Under the pieces are notes generated by a model. The model did not search any database. It was not told the origin of the DNA and saw nothing but the letters and a program-made list of their open reading frames with translations. The position numbers and the translations under genes are program-made. A stretch of 64,000 nucleotides of DNA, from IMG/VR virus record IMGVR_UViG_3300035183_000733, positions 124,001-188,000 of that record; one strand, written 5' to 3'. Numbering within the stretch: the first letter of the stretch is position 1; each line of letters begins with the position of its first letter. Positions 8,866 to 17,783 of the stretch are shown here, in pieces.

Positions 8866-9259
8866 GTTTTTTCTTCCTGTATGTTTTATGGTCCATCCAC
8901 CCGATCTCCGTCAAATATCCCAAATCCCTGCGCCTCCTGCCTGTGAAGAACAAAGTGTATACGCTCGGAGAGTGTAATTGTTCTATCTTGTGGAACTGCT
9001 CAGCCTTGCGCCCGACGAACTTGCCGGGCCCGAGTATCAGAGTGTCGTACCTCCCTTTCCTGCCGTCCCTCGCCGGCATCCTCTCGGAAAAGAACCCCCT
9101 CAGCACAAAGGACGTGTAATTCCAGGGGTGGTCGTGCATGTGCTTATCCTCGTCCGCCTTGTATATCCCGTGTATGTAAATGGAGAACCATGGCGTCTCT
9201 ATTATACGCCAGCGCTTGAAGTGCAGCTCGCCGTCACGGCTCTTTATTTCCTTTATCAA
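8858..9259 (-). CDS. cupin-fold protein
   Basis: HMHDHPWNYTSFVLRGFFSE and FHKIE metal-binding cupin motifs. Confidence 0.65.
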   Translation of the reverse strand: MIKEIKSRDGELHFKRWRIIETPWFSIYIHGIYKADEDKHMHDHPWNYTSFVLRGFFSERMPARDGRKGRYDTLILGPGKFVGRKAEQFHKIEQLHSPSVYTLFFTGRRRRDLGYLTEIGWMDHKTYRKKKHE

Positions 9260-9273
9260 AAAACAGTCCCATA

Positions 9274-10128
9274 TTACTTAAGCATTTGCATTGCTATGTC
9301 TGCGCCGGGCACGTGGTTCATCAGCGCCATAACTACGTACAGCGCGGCCAGCACCAAAAGGTAAAGCGCCATCGACTTTATCATCATGCGCCCGTCCATT
9401 TTCTCCGTAGTATCGCGGTGCTTCTCTATCAGCTCGTCCATGATCTTCGCGCTCTCATCGGTCAGGTTGGGCTTGTGCTTCTCCAGTTCGGTCAACGTCT
9501 GCTGTATCTTGTGGCTCTGGTACTCGAAGTAAAGCTCGAGGCCACCGATTATTATCAGGACGACAAACGTCCACAGGCCGAGAAACACGACGGCCGCAAG
9601 CATGGCAAGCAGCGCAAGCAGCATGTACGCGAACCCAACGCGCTTGTCTATCGACAAGGTTATTGATTTCAGCACCCTGCCTCCGTCCAGTGGGGTAACA
9701 GGGAACAGATTAAGTATGTTGACCATGGCCATCCACGATGCGCACGCGGCAAATAGGGGGTCCATGGTGGCGCAGTATATGACAAGAGACACCACCGATA
9801 GGGCGAACCCGAATATGGGCCCCATCATAGCGATGTAGACCTCATCCCACCTCGACTTGGCCATGCCGTCCGAGACCGCGAGACCGCCGACGAACGGTAT
9901 CAGGTAGATGCCCTTGGTCTTTATGCCGCAACGCTGCATAGCCCAGATATGACCGTACTCGTGGACTATCAGCATGGACAATATTATCACGGAAAATTGC
10001 CAGGTGAATATGTATGCGTAAGCGGCGAACGAAACGCCGGCGAGAACGAACTTTGTGCTTTTTGCGAGTATGCTCAGGATCTTTGATCCTATCTTCAGAG
10101 CTATCGCTAATAATCCGAATTTTTTCAT
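9274..10128 (-). CDS. site-2 protease (peptidase M50)
   Basis: HEYGH, IAMMGP, NLFPVTPLDGG motifs within hydrophobic segments. Confidence 0.9.
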   Translation of the reverse strand: MKKFGLLAIALKIGSKILSILAKSTKFVLAGVSFAAYAYIFTWQFSVIILSMLIVHEYGHIWAMQRCGIKTKGIYLIPFVGGLAVSDGMAKSRWDEVYIAMMGPIFGFALSVVSLVIYCATMDPLFAACASWMAMVNILNLFPVTPLDGGRVLKSITLSIDKRVGFAYMLLALLAMLAAVVFLGLWTFVVLIIIGGLELYFEYQSHKIQQTLTELEKHKPNLTDESAKIMDELIEKHRDTTEKMDGRMMIKSMALYLLVLAALYVVMALMNHVPGADIAMQMLK

Positions 10129-10133
10129 CTACA

Positions 10134-10141
10134 CAAATATA
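10134..10141 (-). promoter_or_regulatory. Bacteroidota sigma-A -7 element TAnnTTTG
   Basis: Exact TATATTTG on minus just upstream of the 10128 start. Confidence 0.55.
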
Positions 10142-10143
10142 AC

Positions 10144-10169
10144 AAAAAAGGACACCCTGTCGGTGTCCT
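10144..10169 (-). terminator. intrinsic terminator
   Basis: AGGACACC-gacag-GGTGTCCT followed by TTTTT on minus. Confidence 0.75.
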
Positions 10170-10229
10170 GCGCGGAATACGGCTCGCGTGGCCAGTGCCT
10201 TCGTCCTTTGGGCGATGCTAAATTATATA

Positions 10230-10652
10230 TCAGAAGTTGACGGTTATCGTCTTCTTCTTGAAATCGATCTCAATGTCATTGGGGTACATGGAACCACCAA
10301 ACTCAAACTCGCTGGAAAGCACACCGTTCATTTCCCACTCTCCGTCGCCCTTGATGATGCTGAACTCAACCTCATTCTCGCCGTCCTTGTCGTCCGAAGG
10401 TGTGACTACTGTGTAATAGCCGCTGACCCTATGTATAACTGGGGCCATGCTGTTTATGCCAGACTTGCGGTTATCGAAGTTCATCTCCCACACGACGGTC
10501 AGGTCGTTTGCATCTATGTACTGATCCTTGGACTTGTCCACCACAGTGTCCTCACCGTAGTAGCTGACATCGCGGCGCTGCACCTCGGAAGTAAACCCGA
10601 AGTCATACATCTCCGCCTTCTCGTTAAGTTCGGTGAACCTCTTGATCCTCAT
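10230..10652 (-). CDS. putative internal head protein (CTS-like N-terminus)
   Basis: Starts [11 protein letters not shown]. Confidence 0.6.
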   Translation of the reverse strand: MRIKRFTELNEKAEMYDFGFTSEVQRRDVSYYGEDTVVDKSKDQYIDANDLTVVWEMNFDNRKSGINSMAPVIHRVSGYYTVVTPSDDKDGENEVEFSIIKGDGEWEMNGVLSSEFEFGGSMYPNDIEIDFKKKTITVNF

Positions 10653-11074
10653 AACAAAAGTGTTTTTATTAAGTAAGTCACAAGTCCAACGCCAAACATG
10701 ATGGTCCTGTTTAATGGGGTCAACAACTTCTCAGTCTTGGCCGTGGAAGTCTTGCTATGATCGAACCACCCCTTGTCGTACACCCCGTCCAGGTGATGCC
10801 TCGTCACGTAGTAGGAACCGTCGTGCATGAACGGGAACATCAGTATCATGGAGGCCACGTAATACGCGGTCCATGGTAAGCTTTGCATCTGCGCGTAGAA
10901 CGCGACGGCAGCGATGAATGCCACCTGGGCACGCTGCGCCGTGAAGAACGCGTGCTCGTCAACTCCCTTGTGCGCGTCGCACTTTACTTTAGCTGAGAAA
11001 TAGTAAGCCTCGCGCACGCCCTCGAAGGCGGCGTAAGCTATCCACAGTGCGAGTATGCCGAGTATGCCGTACAT
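10649..11074 (-). CDS. membrane protein
   Basis: 141 aa with three hydrophobic segments. Confidence 0.65.
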   Translation of the reverse strand: MYGILGILALWIAYAAFEGVREAYYFSAKVKCDAHKGVDEHAFFTAQRAQVAFIAAVAFYAQMQSLPWTAYYVASMILMFPFMHDGSYYVTRHHLDGVYDKGWFDHSKTSTAKTEKLLTPLNRTIMFGVGLVTYLIKTLLL

Positions 11075-11077
11075 GAA

Positions 11078-11530
11078 TTACTTCTTGTCCTTACCTTTGT
11101 CCTTGCTCTTGGAGGTCTTCTTTGCAGCAGGCTTCTTCTTAGGCTCCGCTTTCTTCTTAGGCTCCGCTTTCTTCTTAGGCTCCGCTTTCTTCTTAGGCTC
11201 CTCTGCCTTCGGCTCTTCCACAATGGGAGCTCCAGCCTTAGGCTCTTCCACCTTCTCTTCAACCACCGGAGCAACTGGCTCGACTATTACCTCGTCCTTG
11301 GGCTGCTCGGTCTCTACCGCAACCTCGGCGTGCATAGGAACTGGTGACACCGACGGGTCCAAAGTCAATGGGTACGCCATGGTCTCTTTCGGCTGGCAGT
11401 TGCTGTTGCTGTCACATCCGCAGTCCTTCTTATGGATCGGCTCCGAACCAGCAGGTACGCTTTTCGCGGCCTTGGCAATGATTACCGCCAGGATGACGAC
11501 AAATGCAATTACTGATACAATAACAAACAT
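11078..11530 (-). CDS. membrane-anchored Lys/Glu/Pro-rich protein
   Basis: N-terminal TM helix, low-complexity body, EPKKK(A) repeats. Confidence 0.65.
   Translation of the reverse strand: MFVIVSVIAFVVILAVIIAKAAKSVPAGSEPIHKKDCGCDSNSNCQPKETMAYPLTLDPSVSPVPMHAEVAVETEQPKDEVIVEPVAPVVEEKVEEPKAGAPIVEEPKAEEPKKKAEPKKKAEPKKKAEPKKKPAAKKTSKSKDKGKDKK
11133..11200. repeat. 18-bp tandem repeat x ~4 (encodes AEPKKK)
   Basis: ttcttcttaggctccgct repeated. Confidence 0.9.
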
Positions 11531-11542
11531 ATCAATTGTGGT

Positions 11543-11947
11543 TTAGTTTTCTTCGTCCTTTTCTTTCTCGTCCTCGGACTCTTCGGACTCTTCGGACTCA
11601 AAATCGTCTATAGATTTGAGCTTCTTCAACTCCTCATCGTCCGGATCGAGGTAGTCGTCAGTAGCCATGAAATTACCGTACTTGAGCGGTCCAGTATACC
11701 CGACGGTCTCGCCCGGGAAGTCCTGCGACATTCCCATGCCCGAGATCTCTCCCTGGTACCTGCTGAACGATGAGCTGTCCGCCTCGTCGACACCCTCGGC
11801 CTTCTCAATGTCCGGTTTCTTGTCGGCGTAGTCGTTCCACGTCCAGATAGACCTCTTGTAATTCTTACGTACGAGCTCGTATCCCTTGTCTCCGGGATAT
11901 GGCTTGATTGCAGACTTCGGTGGTTTGTATGATGATGTGTCGCTCAT
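11543..11947 (-). CDS. hypothetical acidic protein
   Basis: 134-aa ORF; CTS-like LKKLKSIDDFESE near the C-terminus. Confidence 0.6.
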   Translation of the reverse strand: MSDTSSYKPPKSAIKPYPGDKGYELVRKNYKRSIWTWNDYADKKPDIEKAEGVDEADSSSFSRYQGEISGMGMSQDFPGETVGYTGPLKYGNFMATDDYLDPDDEELKKLKSIDDFESEESEESEDEKEKDEEN

Positions 11948-12330
11948 TACTGTGCGAATACGCCGATGACATCCTTTATTTTTAGCGTGACCGGCTTCTT
12001 GTTGCGGTCCTGCGTCTTGATGTTGTCTCCCTCGATCTCCATTACGACGAACTCGCGCTGCCAGTACTTTGGGTTCTGGACGACTATGAGAACCGGTCGC
12101 TGCTTGCTCGGATCCTTCTCTTCCGCAGCCGCATCCATCTTCCCCTTAATGAATCCGGCAAGGTCCTTCTGGTCGACCATCTCCTTGTCATTCTGTGCAA
12201 CGTCTTTGAACACCGGCACGAGTCCCTCGTTTAGTTCTGGATCGGTGCCGCGCTCCTCGTCATTGGGTTCCCTCGGAGCCTCAGCATCCTTCTTCTCGAA
12301 GAGGTCGCTTATTTTCTTAATGTGCTTCAC
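11947..12330 (-). CDS. putative internal head protein (CTS-like N-terminus)
   Basis: Starts MKHIKKISDLFE. Confidence 0.6.
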   Translation of the reverse strand: MKHIKKISDLFEKKDAEAPREPNDEERGTDPELNEGLVPVFKDVAQNDKEMVDQKDLAGFIKGKMDAAAEEKDPSKQRPVLIVVQNPKYWQREFVVMEIEGDNIKTQDRNKKPVTLKIKDVIGVFAQ

Positions 12331-12686
12331 GAAAAGTAGACTTTCATTTTTGTGTCCGGCTCAACGGCCAGCTCCATATTCTCTATCGCGTACTTGTGGT
12401 TCGCATGCGATGCCGGCAATTCGAGATCTCTCCTTAATGTGCCAGCCGTGTTGGCTCCGGTATCGTTATCGAAGAACCTCCACCACAAACCTGCTTTTTT
12501 AGATCCGCCCTTTATTTTCCTCGCACGTCCGTCCAACGCATCGAGCTCGTCCATGAGCTCTACGAGGTCCCTGTTCTCGAGGTAATTCATGAATGCAGTC
12601 TTCAGGTCTGGCACCAGCGCTTGCAGCGCGGCGTCGAGGTTATCCTCGTTTACCGAAAAATCCTCAAATAGTTTTATATTCTTCAT
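12327..12686 (-). CDS. putative internal head protein (CTS-like N-terminus)
   Basis: Starts MKNIKLFEDFSVNE. Confidence 0.65.
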   Translation of the reverse strand: MKNIKLFEDFSVNEDNLDAALQALVPDLKTAFMNYLENRDLVELMDELDALDGRARKIKGGSKKAGLWWRFFDNDTGANTAGTLRRDLELPASHANHKYAIENMELAVEPDTKMKVYFS

Positions 12687-12688
12687 TT

Positions 12689-12860
12689 ATCAATTGTGGT
12701 TTAGTTTTCTTCGTCCTTTTCTTTCTCGTCCTCGGACTCTTCGGACTCAAAATCGTTTAGTTCTGGATCGGTGCCGCGCTCCTCGTCATTGGGTTCCCTC
12801 GGAGCCTCAGCATCCTTCTTCGTTTACCGAAAAATCCTCAAATAGTTTTATATTCTTCAT
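12689..12860. repeat. collapsed tandem duplicate of 11531-12686
   Basis: Three co-linear pieces matching 11531-11607 (one 9-bp repeat unit fewer), 12228-12293 and 12647-12686. Confidence 0.9.
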
Positions 12861-13387
12861 TTAACAATGTAGTTTAGTTTGCCGGCTTCTACCTCCTGCA
12901 TCTTCCAAGCGCCCTGGCCACCTGGCCACTTGTCGAGATGCGCAGTCATCTTAGACGTGTACTGAGTGTTCCTCAGGTTAGCCTGCATCTCGTCGTAGAA
13001 CTTGGTAACTTTCGGATTCTTCTGCAGGTAGTCCTCAACGCATTTGCAGAGCATCTCGAGTACTTTGTTGAGTTCACGCTCGTCGACCTCGATGTGGTTG
13101 TCGTTGGTCTCGAAATTTCCCTTGTCGATAACAGCCTGATCGATAGCATCGACCGGCAATTCCGTTATGGACAGCACTGAGTATTCGGCCTTGCCCTCAG
13201 ATGGTTGTGCGAACTTGCTGAACTTGCCGATGCTTATCACGAAACCGCGCTGAGTCTCCGCCCCTACCTTGAAGAAGTAGTTAGCCACGTCGCCGTTCTT
13301 GGCGTAGAAAAAAGGAAGATCGCCGTAGCCGTCCTCGTTTACGTAGTTCTCGTTTACGAACCTATCGAATGTGAATATCTTCCTCAT
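12857..13387 (-). CDS. putative internal head protein (CTS-like N-terminus)
   Basis: Starts MRKIFTFDRFVNENYVNE. Confidence 0.65.
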   Translation of the reverse strand: MRKIFTFDRFVNENYVNEDGYGDLPFFYAKNGDVANYFFKVGAETQRGFVISIGKFSKFAQPSEGKAEYSVLSITELPVDAIDQAVIDKGNFETNDNHIEVDERELNKVLEMLCKCVEDYLQKNPKVTKFYDEMQANLRNTQYTSKMTAHLDKWPGGQGAWKMQEVEAGKLNYIVK

Positions 13388-13713
13388 TAGTCCTCCATTT
13401 TGTATTTGATGTCCTTGATGTGCGGGAAGTACGCCTTGGCCTCTTCCGGCACCATCTTATTGCCGTAGTCCGCGATAGCGAATGCGTCCTGCCGCTCGTC
13501 ACGCTCATCGGCCACGCCCATGTAAGCGGTCCAGTAGTTCATCTTCGTGTTGTGCACGGCAACGATACCTACCGTCCCCCATTTACCGGCTCCGCGCCAC
13601 TCAACGCCAATGATTGTGCGCTCGTCATCGAGCTTCTTCCAAGCGTTGGCCTTCTCCGCTTCGAGCGCCTCATTGCGGGTCGTCTCGAACTCTCCGAATT
13701 TCTTAAGTCCCAT
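13387..13713 (-). CDS. putative internal head protein (CTS-like N-terminus)
   Basis: Starts MGLKKFGEFETTRNE. Confidence 0.6.
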   Translation of the reverse strand: MGLKKFGEFETTRNEALEAEKANAWKKLDDERTIIGVEWRGAGKWGTVGIVAVHNTKMNYWTAYMGVADERDERQDAFAIADYGNKMVPEEAKAYFPHIKDIKYKMED

Positions 13714-14112
13714 TACTTCTTAAGAGTTAGTTTTACGGACTCGTCCGCCTCATTGATGCGTTAAAATTGTTTATTTTGCTCATTGTAGTGGTAACTATTT
13801 CTTTTCTTATATATCATTCAGAAATTTCTGTTCTTCGGGTATTTCGTGAAGTTAAATGTCATGTCCGGGGACTGGTCGATGAGCCCCTGAGTTATATATA
13901 TCGATTTCGACCCACGGAAGTCCAGTCCAGTCCAGTCCTCGCTCGAAAAAGTGCTCTGCCCGCACAAACCATCTTCGGCGTGACAACGAGGTCGGGCCGT
14001 TGACCATGCACCAGGGTCTAATCTGTATCTGGGTAAAAAAATTAAAAACCGTTCCCTCTACGGAACGGTTATTGTAGAGAATGAATGTTATCTGCTTGGT
14101 ACTGTGCATCCA

Positions 14113-16041
14113 TTACTGATTGGCGGGTTCTTTGCTATTATGGATGTCGTTCCTAAGTATAGGATACAAGCCCTGCACCGTCTTTGGCACGTGCGTCTTG
14201 AACTCGCCGAACTTGTCCTCGTCCACGAGCTTGCGCACGTCGGTACCCGATATGATCCTCCGAGTCTCCATCACCTCGAACTTCTCGTCGAGGTCGAGCT
14301 CGTTGTTGCGCTTGAAGTTAAACTCGAGCTGCTTGCGGTAGTCGTTTATCCTGTCAGGACCCGCGCCCCACAGTATCGGCTCGAACTCCGGCCTCAGCGA
14401 ATCTATGATGTCCTGTATGAAGCCCCTGCCGACTATCCTGTAGCCGATCACGAGGTCGTTGGTGTCCTTGTGCAGGTTGCCAAGCATCGTCCTCAGTGTG
14501 GATATAGTGAACGGGCTGTTGCCCGACTTGTTGTGTCCCGGATGCACGGCGACTATTACGACGGGCAAGCCGTTGGCCTCGTTAAGTTCCTTCACCATCT
14601 CGGCGTGCCCGTTGTGGAACGGCTGGAACCTTCCGACTATTATGTTAACCCTCTTTCCCTTCTTCTTGGATTTCTTCTTGACGTCCTCCTCTTCTTTCGG
14701 CTCATCGGCGGACAAAAGGTCCATAGTGTTTTTGAGCCCGGTCATTTCAGGATCGGAATCATCCACAGAATCACCATCGGTGTCTGCGTCCTCGTCCTCA
14801 ACTTCGGGCCTGCCCCTCTGTGCTATGAACTCGCCGAACAATGGCACGTCGTTTTCGTTGAGGCTCTCCCTTAGGTTCTGTGATAGGTGGTTGTTTATCT
14901 TGTCTATGGTGCCATTGAACTGGCGGATAACCTCCTGGCTGAAGAAGTTGTTTGCCTTCTTCTTGTGCTTGCGCAGAGATGCCAGCATTATCTTGAACAG
15001 TTTCTTGTACGAGTCCGCCGAGTCTATGAGATCGAGCGCCTCCTGGTTCGGTATCATCTGCCTGTTGAGGTCGAACTCCTTTTTCTTCATGTAAGCCGGC
15101 TCGGAGAAGTTGATGTTCTTGTAGTCCTCCCCCCTTTCGGATATGAACTTTATGAATAGGTCGCAGATGAAGTTTATGTACCTGTCGTCGAAGTTACGCC
15201 CCTTCGGCTTGAACTTCTTTAGGTTTAGGTTCTCGACGTAGTTGGCTATGTCGATGAGCGTCATGTAATAGATGTCGTTCGGCGTGTCGTTCGTCTCGTT
15301 GACCCTGTTCTGCGCCATCTGCGAAAATATCGGGTCCACCATCTTGGCAAGCACCACGTCATCGTCGTCGCTGCCGAACCTAAACACTATTCCCTCTATT
15401 GGCTTCTCCAGATCCTTGTTCAGGACCGTGCTGCGCATCTTTGGGTTCAGAATGGATATTACGTACTTCACGAAGGACTCGGTCTTGAACTTCTTCTCGA
15501 GCTCGGCCTGCGGCGTGTCGAGGAAGTCGAGGATCTTTATCCTCTGGTCGTCGTTGAGAACGCCCTGGAATATTATCGGCGCGCGCTCCACCTGCAGGAT
15601 GTCTGCCCACTTATCGAGCTCTTCCTTGTCCTGGATTGTACGGACCATCTTGCCGGCCGAGTTTTTCACGTGAATGTACGACAGCACCAATCCGTTCTTC
15701 GGGAGCTTGTCATAAACAAGCTCCTGCGGATTTGAGTTGGCGAAGTACTCCATACCGAACCTCCATCCACTGGGTAGCTTGGCAAGCACCTTGTCGCCAA
15801 GGCTGTTGATATGCTCGATAGGTGCCTCGTAATAACGCACGAGGGTCCTGTCCACCTGGGAAATTGGGTTTGTAGTGTTGCGCTTGAAGAATTCGATCTT
15901 CTTGCTGATCGGATTCTTCTCTACACCAAAGGCGCTCGCGTCGAGCTTTTCGTTTATAGTGACATAACTGTCGAATAGTTTGTCCAGAAAATCTTTGCCC
16001 TTCTTTTTGTAGATTTCGTTTAAGTGTGCTATTCCCGCCAT
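14113..16041 (-). CDS. RNA-ligase-like nucleotidyltransferase fused to a HIGH-motif (cytidylyl/NMN adenylyltransferase-like) domain
   Basis: N-terminal EKLDAS, FGMEY, PIIFQG, EGIVFR, AKMVDP (ligase motifs I-V); C-terminal GRFQPFHNGH and ISGTDVR. Confidence 0.75.
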   Translation of the reverse strand: MAGIAHLNEIYKKKGKDFLDKLFDSYVTINEKLDASAFGVEKNPISKKIEFFKRNTTNPISQVDRTLVRYYEAPIEHINSLGDKVLAKLPSGWRFGMEYFANSNPQELVYDKLPKNGLVLSYIHVKNSAGKMVRTIQDKEELDKWADILQVERAPIIFQGVLNDDQRIKILDFLDTPQAELEKKFKTESFVKYVISILNPKMRSTVLNKDLEKPIEGIVFRFGSDDDDVVLAKMVDPIFSQMAQNRVNETNDTPNDIYYMTLIDIANYVENLNLKKFKPKGRNFDDRYINFICDLFIKFISERGEDYKNINFSEPAYMKKKEFDLNRQMIPNQEALDLIDSADSYKKLFKIMLASLRKHKKKANNFFSQEVIRQFNGTIDKINNHLSQNLRESLNENDVPLFGEFIAQRGRPEVEDEDADTDGDSVDDSDPEMTGLKNTMDLLSADEPKEEEDVKKKSKKKGKRVNIIVGRFQPFHNGHAEMVKELNEANGLPVVIVAVHPGHNKSGNSPFTISTLRTMLGNLHKDTNDLVIGYRIVGRGFIQDIIDSLRPEFEPILWGAGPDRINDYRKQLEFNFKRNNELDLDEKFEVMETRRIISGTDVRKLVDEDKFGEFKTHVPKTVQGLYPILRNDIHNSKEPANQ

Positions 16042-16054
16042 AACTTTCTGTTTA

Positions 16055-16522
16055 TTAGTTAAGGTTTATCTTTATCTTCTTCTTGTTTTTATATATCACC
16101 TCTTGATCGCCTATCGTTACCTGACCGTTTAGCGGCAACGTGAAGTTCAGGATGACATTCTCTATGGCGGTGATCACGACCTCGAGGAACCTCCTTGATT
16201 TGTACTTCAGCGCATTGGGATCTATGCTTTTTATGTACCCATACAGCTCTATCAGGTTCTCGTCCTTCTGGTGCTGTATTATCTCGTACAGGTCGCTCTC
16301 CACTTCATATACAACCTCGTCCCCTATCCATATATCCCAGTTGCCAGTGAAGTTGGGACCCATGAACCCGGAATCGCCTCGCATCGTCACGAACGATACA
16401 GTCTCGTCCTCGTGCTTCTCTGCACCTATCACGCTCTCGCCTAAGAACAACTGCAGCGCGACAATCAGGAAGCTATTACTATTCTGCACCATCGGGTTTC
16501 TATTTCTTTTTGAGTTCATCAT
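16055..16522 (-). CDS. hypothetical protein
   Basis: 155-aa ORF in the co-directional cluster. Confidence 0.6.
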   Translation of the reverse strand: MMNSKRNRNPMVQNSNSFLIVALQLFLGESVIGAEKHEDETVSFVTMRGDSGFMGPNFTGNWDIWIGDEVVYEVESDLYEIIQHQKDENLIELYGYIKSIDPNALKYKSRRFLEVVITAIENVILNFTLPLNGQVTIGDQEVIYKNKKKIKINLN

Positions 16523-16599
16523 CTATTTTATACCCCACAACCCAATCTGTTTCATATACCCATATAAACCCCTTATGTGTTAGTTCTACGCTCAGTCTT

Positions 16600-16731
16600 T
16601 GGGATTAGCTCGAATGCAAAATTATCTTCGCCATATTTGTTCCAAGCCCTCTGTATGCACATTTTTATGAACATTACCCAATTAAAAATCACCTGTGTTT
16701 TTTATTTACTATGCGATATATGCCAGGTATA
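16600..16731 (-). pseudogene. degenerate GIY-YIG homing endonuclease
   Basis: Fragments PGIYRIVNKNTGDF* and, in a shifted frame, QRAWNKYGEDNFAFELI. Confidence 0.75.
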
Positions 16732-17625
16732 TTATTTTTCAAGTTCGGCCGGGATTTCCAACTTAACCCGTTTTAAAAATTTAATACAATTCCGTTTGAT
16801 TTCGTCCAATTTATCATGGAACATATAATCGGGTTTATTTATATATTCGAACACCTGCTCGAATGTTTCTGCATCTTTGGGCCGTATTCCAGGACCCAGC
16901 ACGAACTCCAGAAAGTCCTTTGGAGACCTGGTTATCAGCTCCTCGTGCTCCGGTTGTATGACCGGATTCTTGAGCAGTTTCTTCTTACCAACGTACGATT
17001 TCCTTATCTTGCTGAGACCGTCGTTGAGCCTCATCATGTAGCCGGAGAACCCGAGCAAGTTGCCGTGCTCGTCGCGTTCCTCCTCTCCCGTTAGCACCGA
17101 CAGGATGGCGGCGAACAGCCAGTTCCTGTGCGCGCTCTTGTACTTGCTCTCGCCCTTCTTGTAGTTGGGGGAATGGTATATGAACTTCGCCCACTCCATA
17201 TTCTTCAGCGGGAGGAAGTCCACCTGTACGTAACCGAGGTTGGGATCACCCTTGATAGGGTACGACATCGACACGACCTCGAGGCCGCGCATCCACTTTA
17301 TCTGGAACTCGGGGAACTTGCGCTTTAGCAAGTCGTACACCTGCTTTAGGCCCTGCGTCTCTACGACGCCCTGCTTCTCACAGAACTCCTTCATGGGTAT
17401 GCCCACGTCGAGGTCACCAGATACGTCCTCGTCGGACTCCTTCTTGCCGGCAGAGCCTATGAGCAGTGCGTCGGTGCCCCAGCTCGAAATACCGAGTGCC
17501 GGGAACACGTTGTCTTGTATCGAGTCAAGCGTAGCCTGCACCTCGCTCTGCTTGATGCTGCGGGTGTTGTCAAGCGCGTTGCCGCCCTCGAAAAGAAAGT
17601 CGTTGAATGTGTGGATATGCTTCAC
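16732..17625 (-). CDS. pol-beta-superfamily nucleotidyltransferase with CTS-like N-terminus
   Basis: MKHIHTFNDFLFE-GGNA; IGSAGKK..SGDLD; VQVDF third Asp. Confidence 0.7.
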   Translation of the reverse strand: MKHIHTFNDFLFEGGNALDNTRSIKQSEVQATLDSIQDNVFPALGISSWGTDALLIGSAGKKESDEDVSGDLDVGIPMKEFCEKQGVVETQGLKQVYDLLKRKFPEFQIKWMRGLEVVSMSYPIKGDPNLGYVQVDFLPLKNMEWAKFIYHSPNYKKGESKYKSAHRNWLFAAILSVLTGEEERDEHGNLLGFSGYMMRLNDGLSKIRKSYVGKKKLLKNPVIQPEHEELITRSPKDFLEFVLGPGIRPKDAETFEQVFEYINKPDYMFHDKLDEIKRNCIKFLKRVKLEIPAELEK

Positions 17626-17654
17626 GATTTATATATCCACAAAAACGGTGATAA

Positions 17655-17775
17655 TTAGGGCTCTGAGTCCTCGCCGAACAGATCCTCGCCCCCTGTAGTC
17701 CGGATAATTCTCCCTGCCATTCACCCAGAATACGGCCAATACGGCTATAACTGGCAACATAAGCAATCCTATCAC
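17655..17775 (-). pseudogene. small membrane protein gene with a +1 homopolymer frameshift
   Basis: GTG start MIGLLMLPVIAVLAVFWVNGRENYPDYRG; removing one base of the C5 run at 17689-17693 gives EDLFGEDSEP then TAA. Confidence 0.4.
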
Positions 17776-17783
17776 AATCTCTC

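Noticed and set aside
11133-11200. 18-bp tandem repeat as a CRISPR- or TIGR-like array
   Set aside because: No spacers; it is an in-frame AEPKKK protein repeat
13852-14109. 85-aa ORF as an intact gene
   Set aside because: Plausible protein-like sequence switches between frames; probably another frameshifted remnant, so not called
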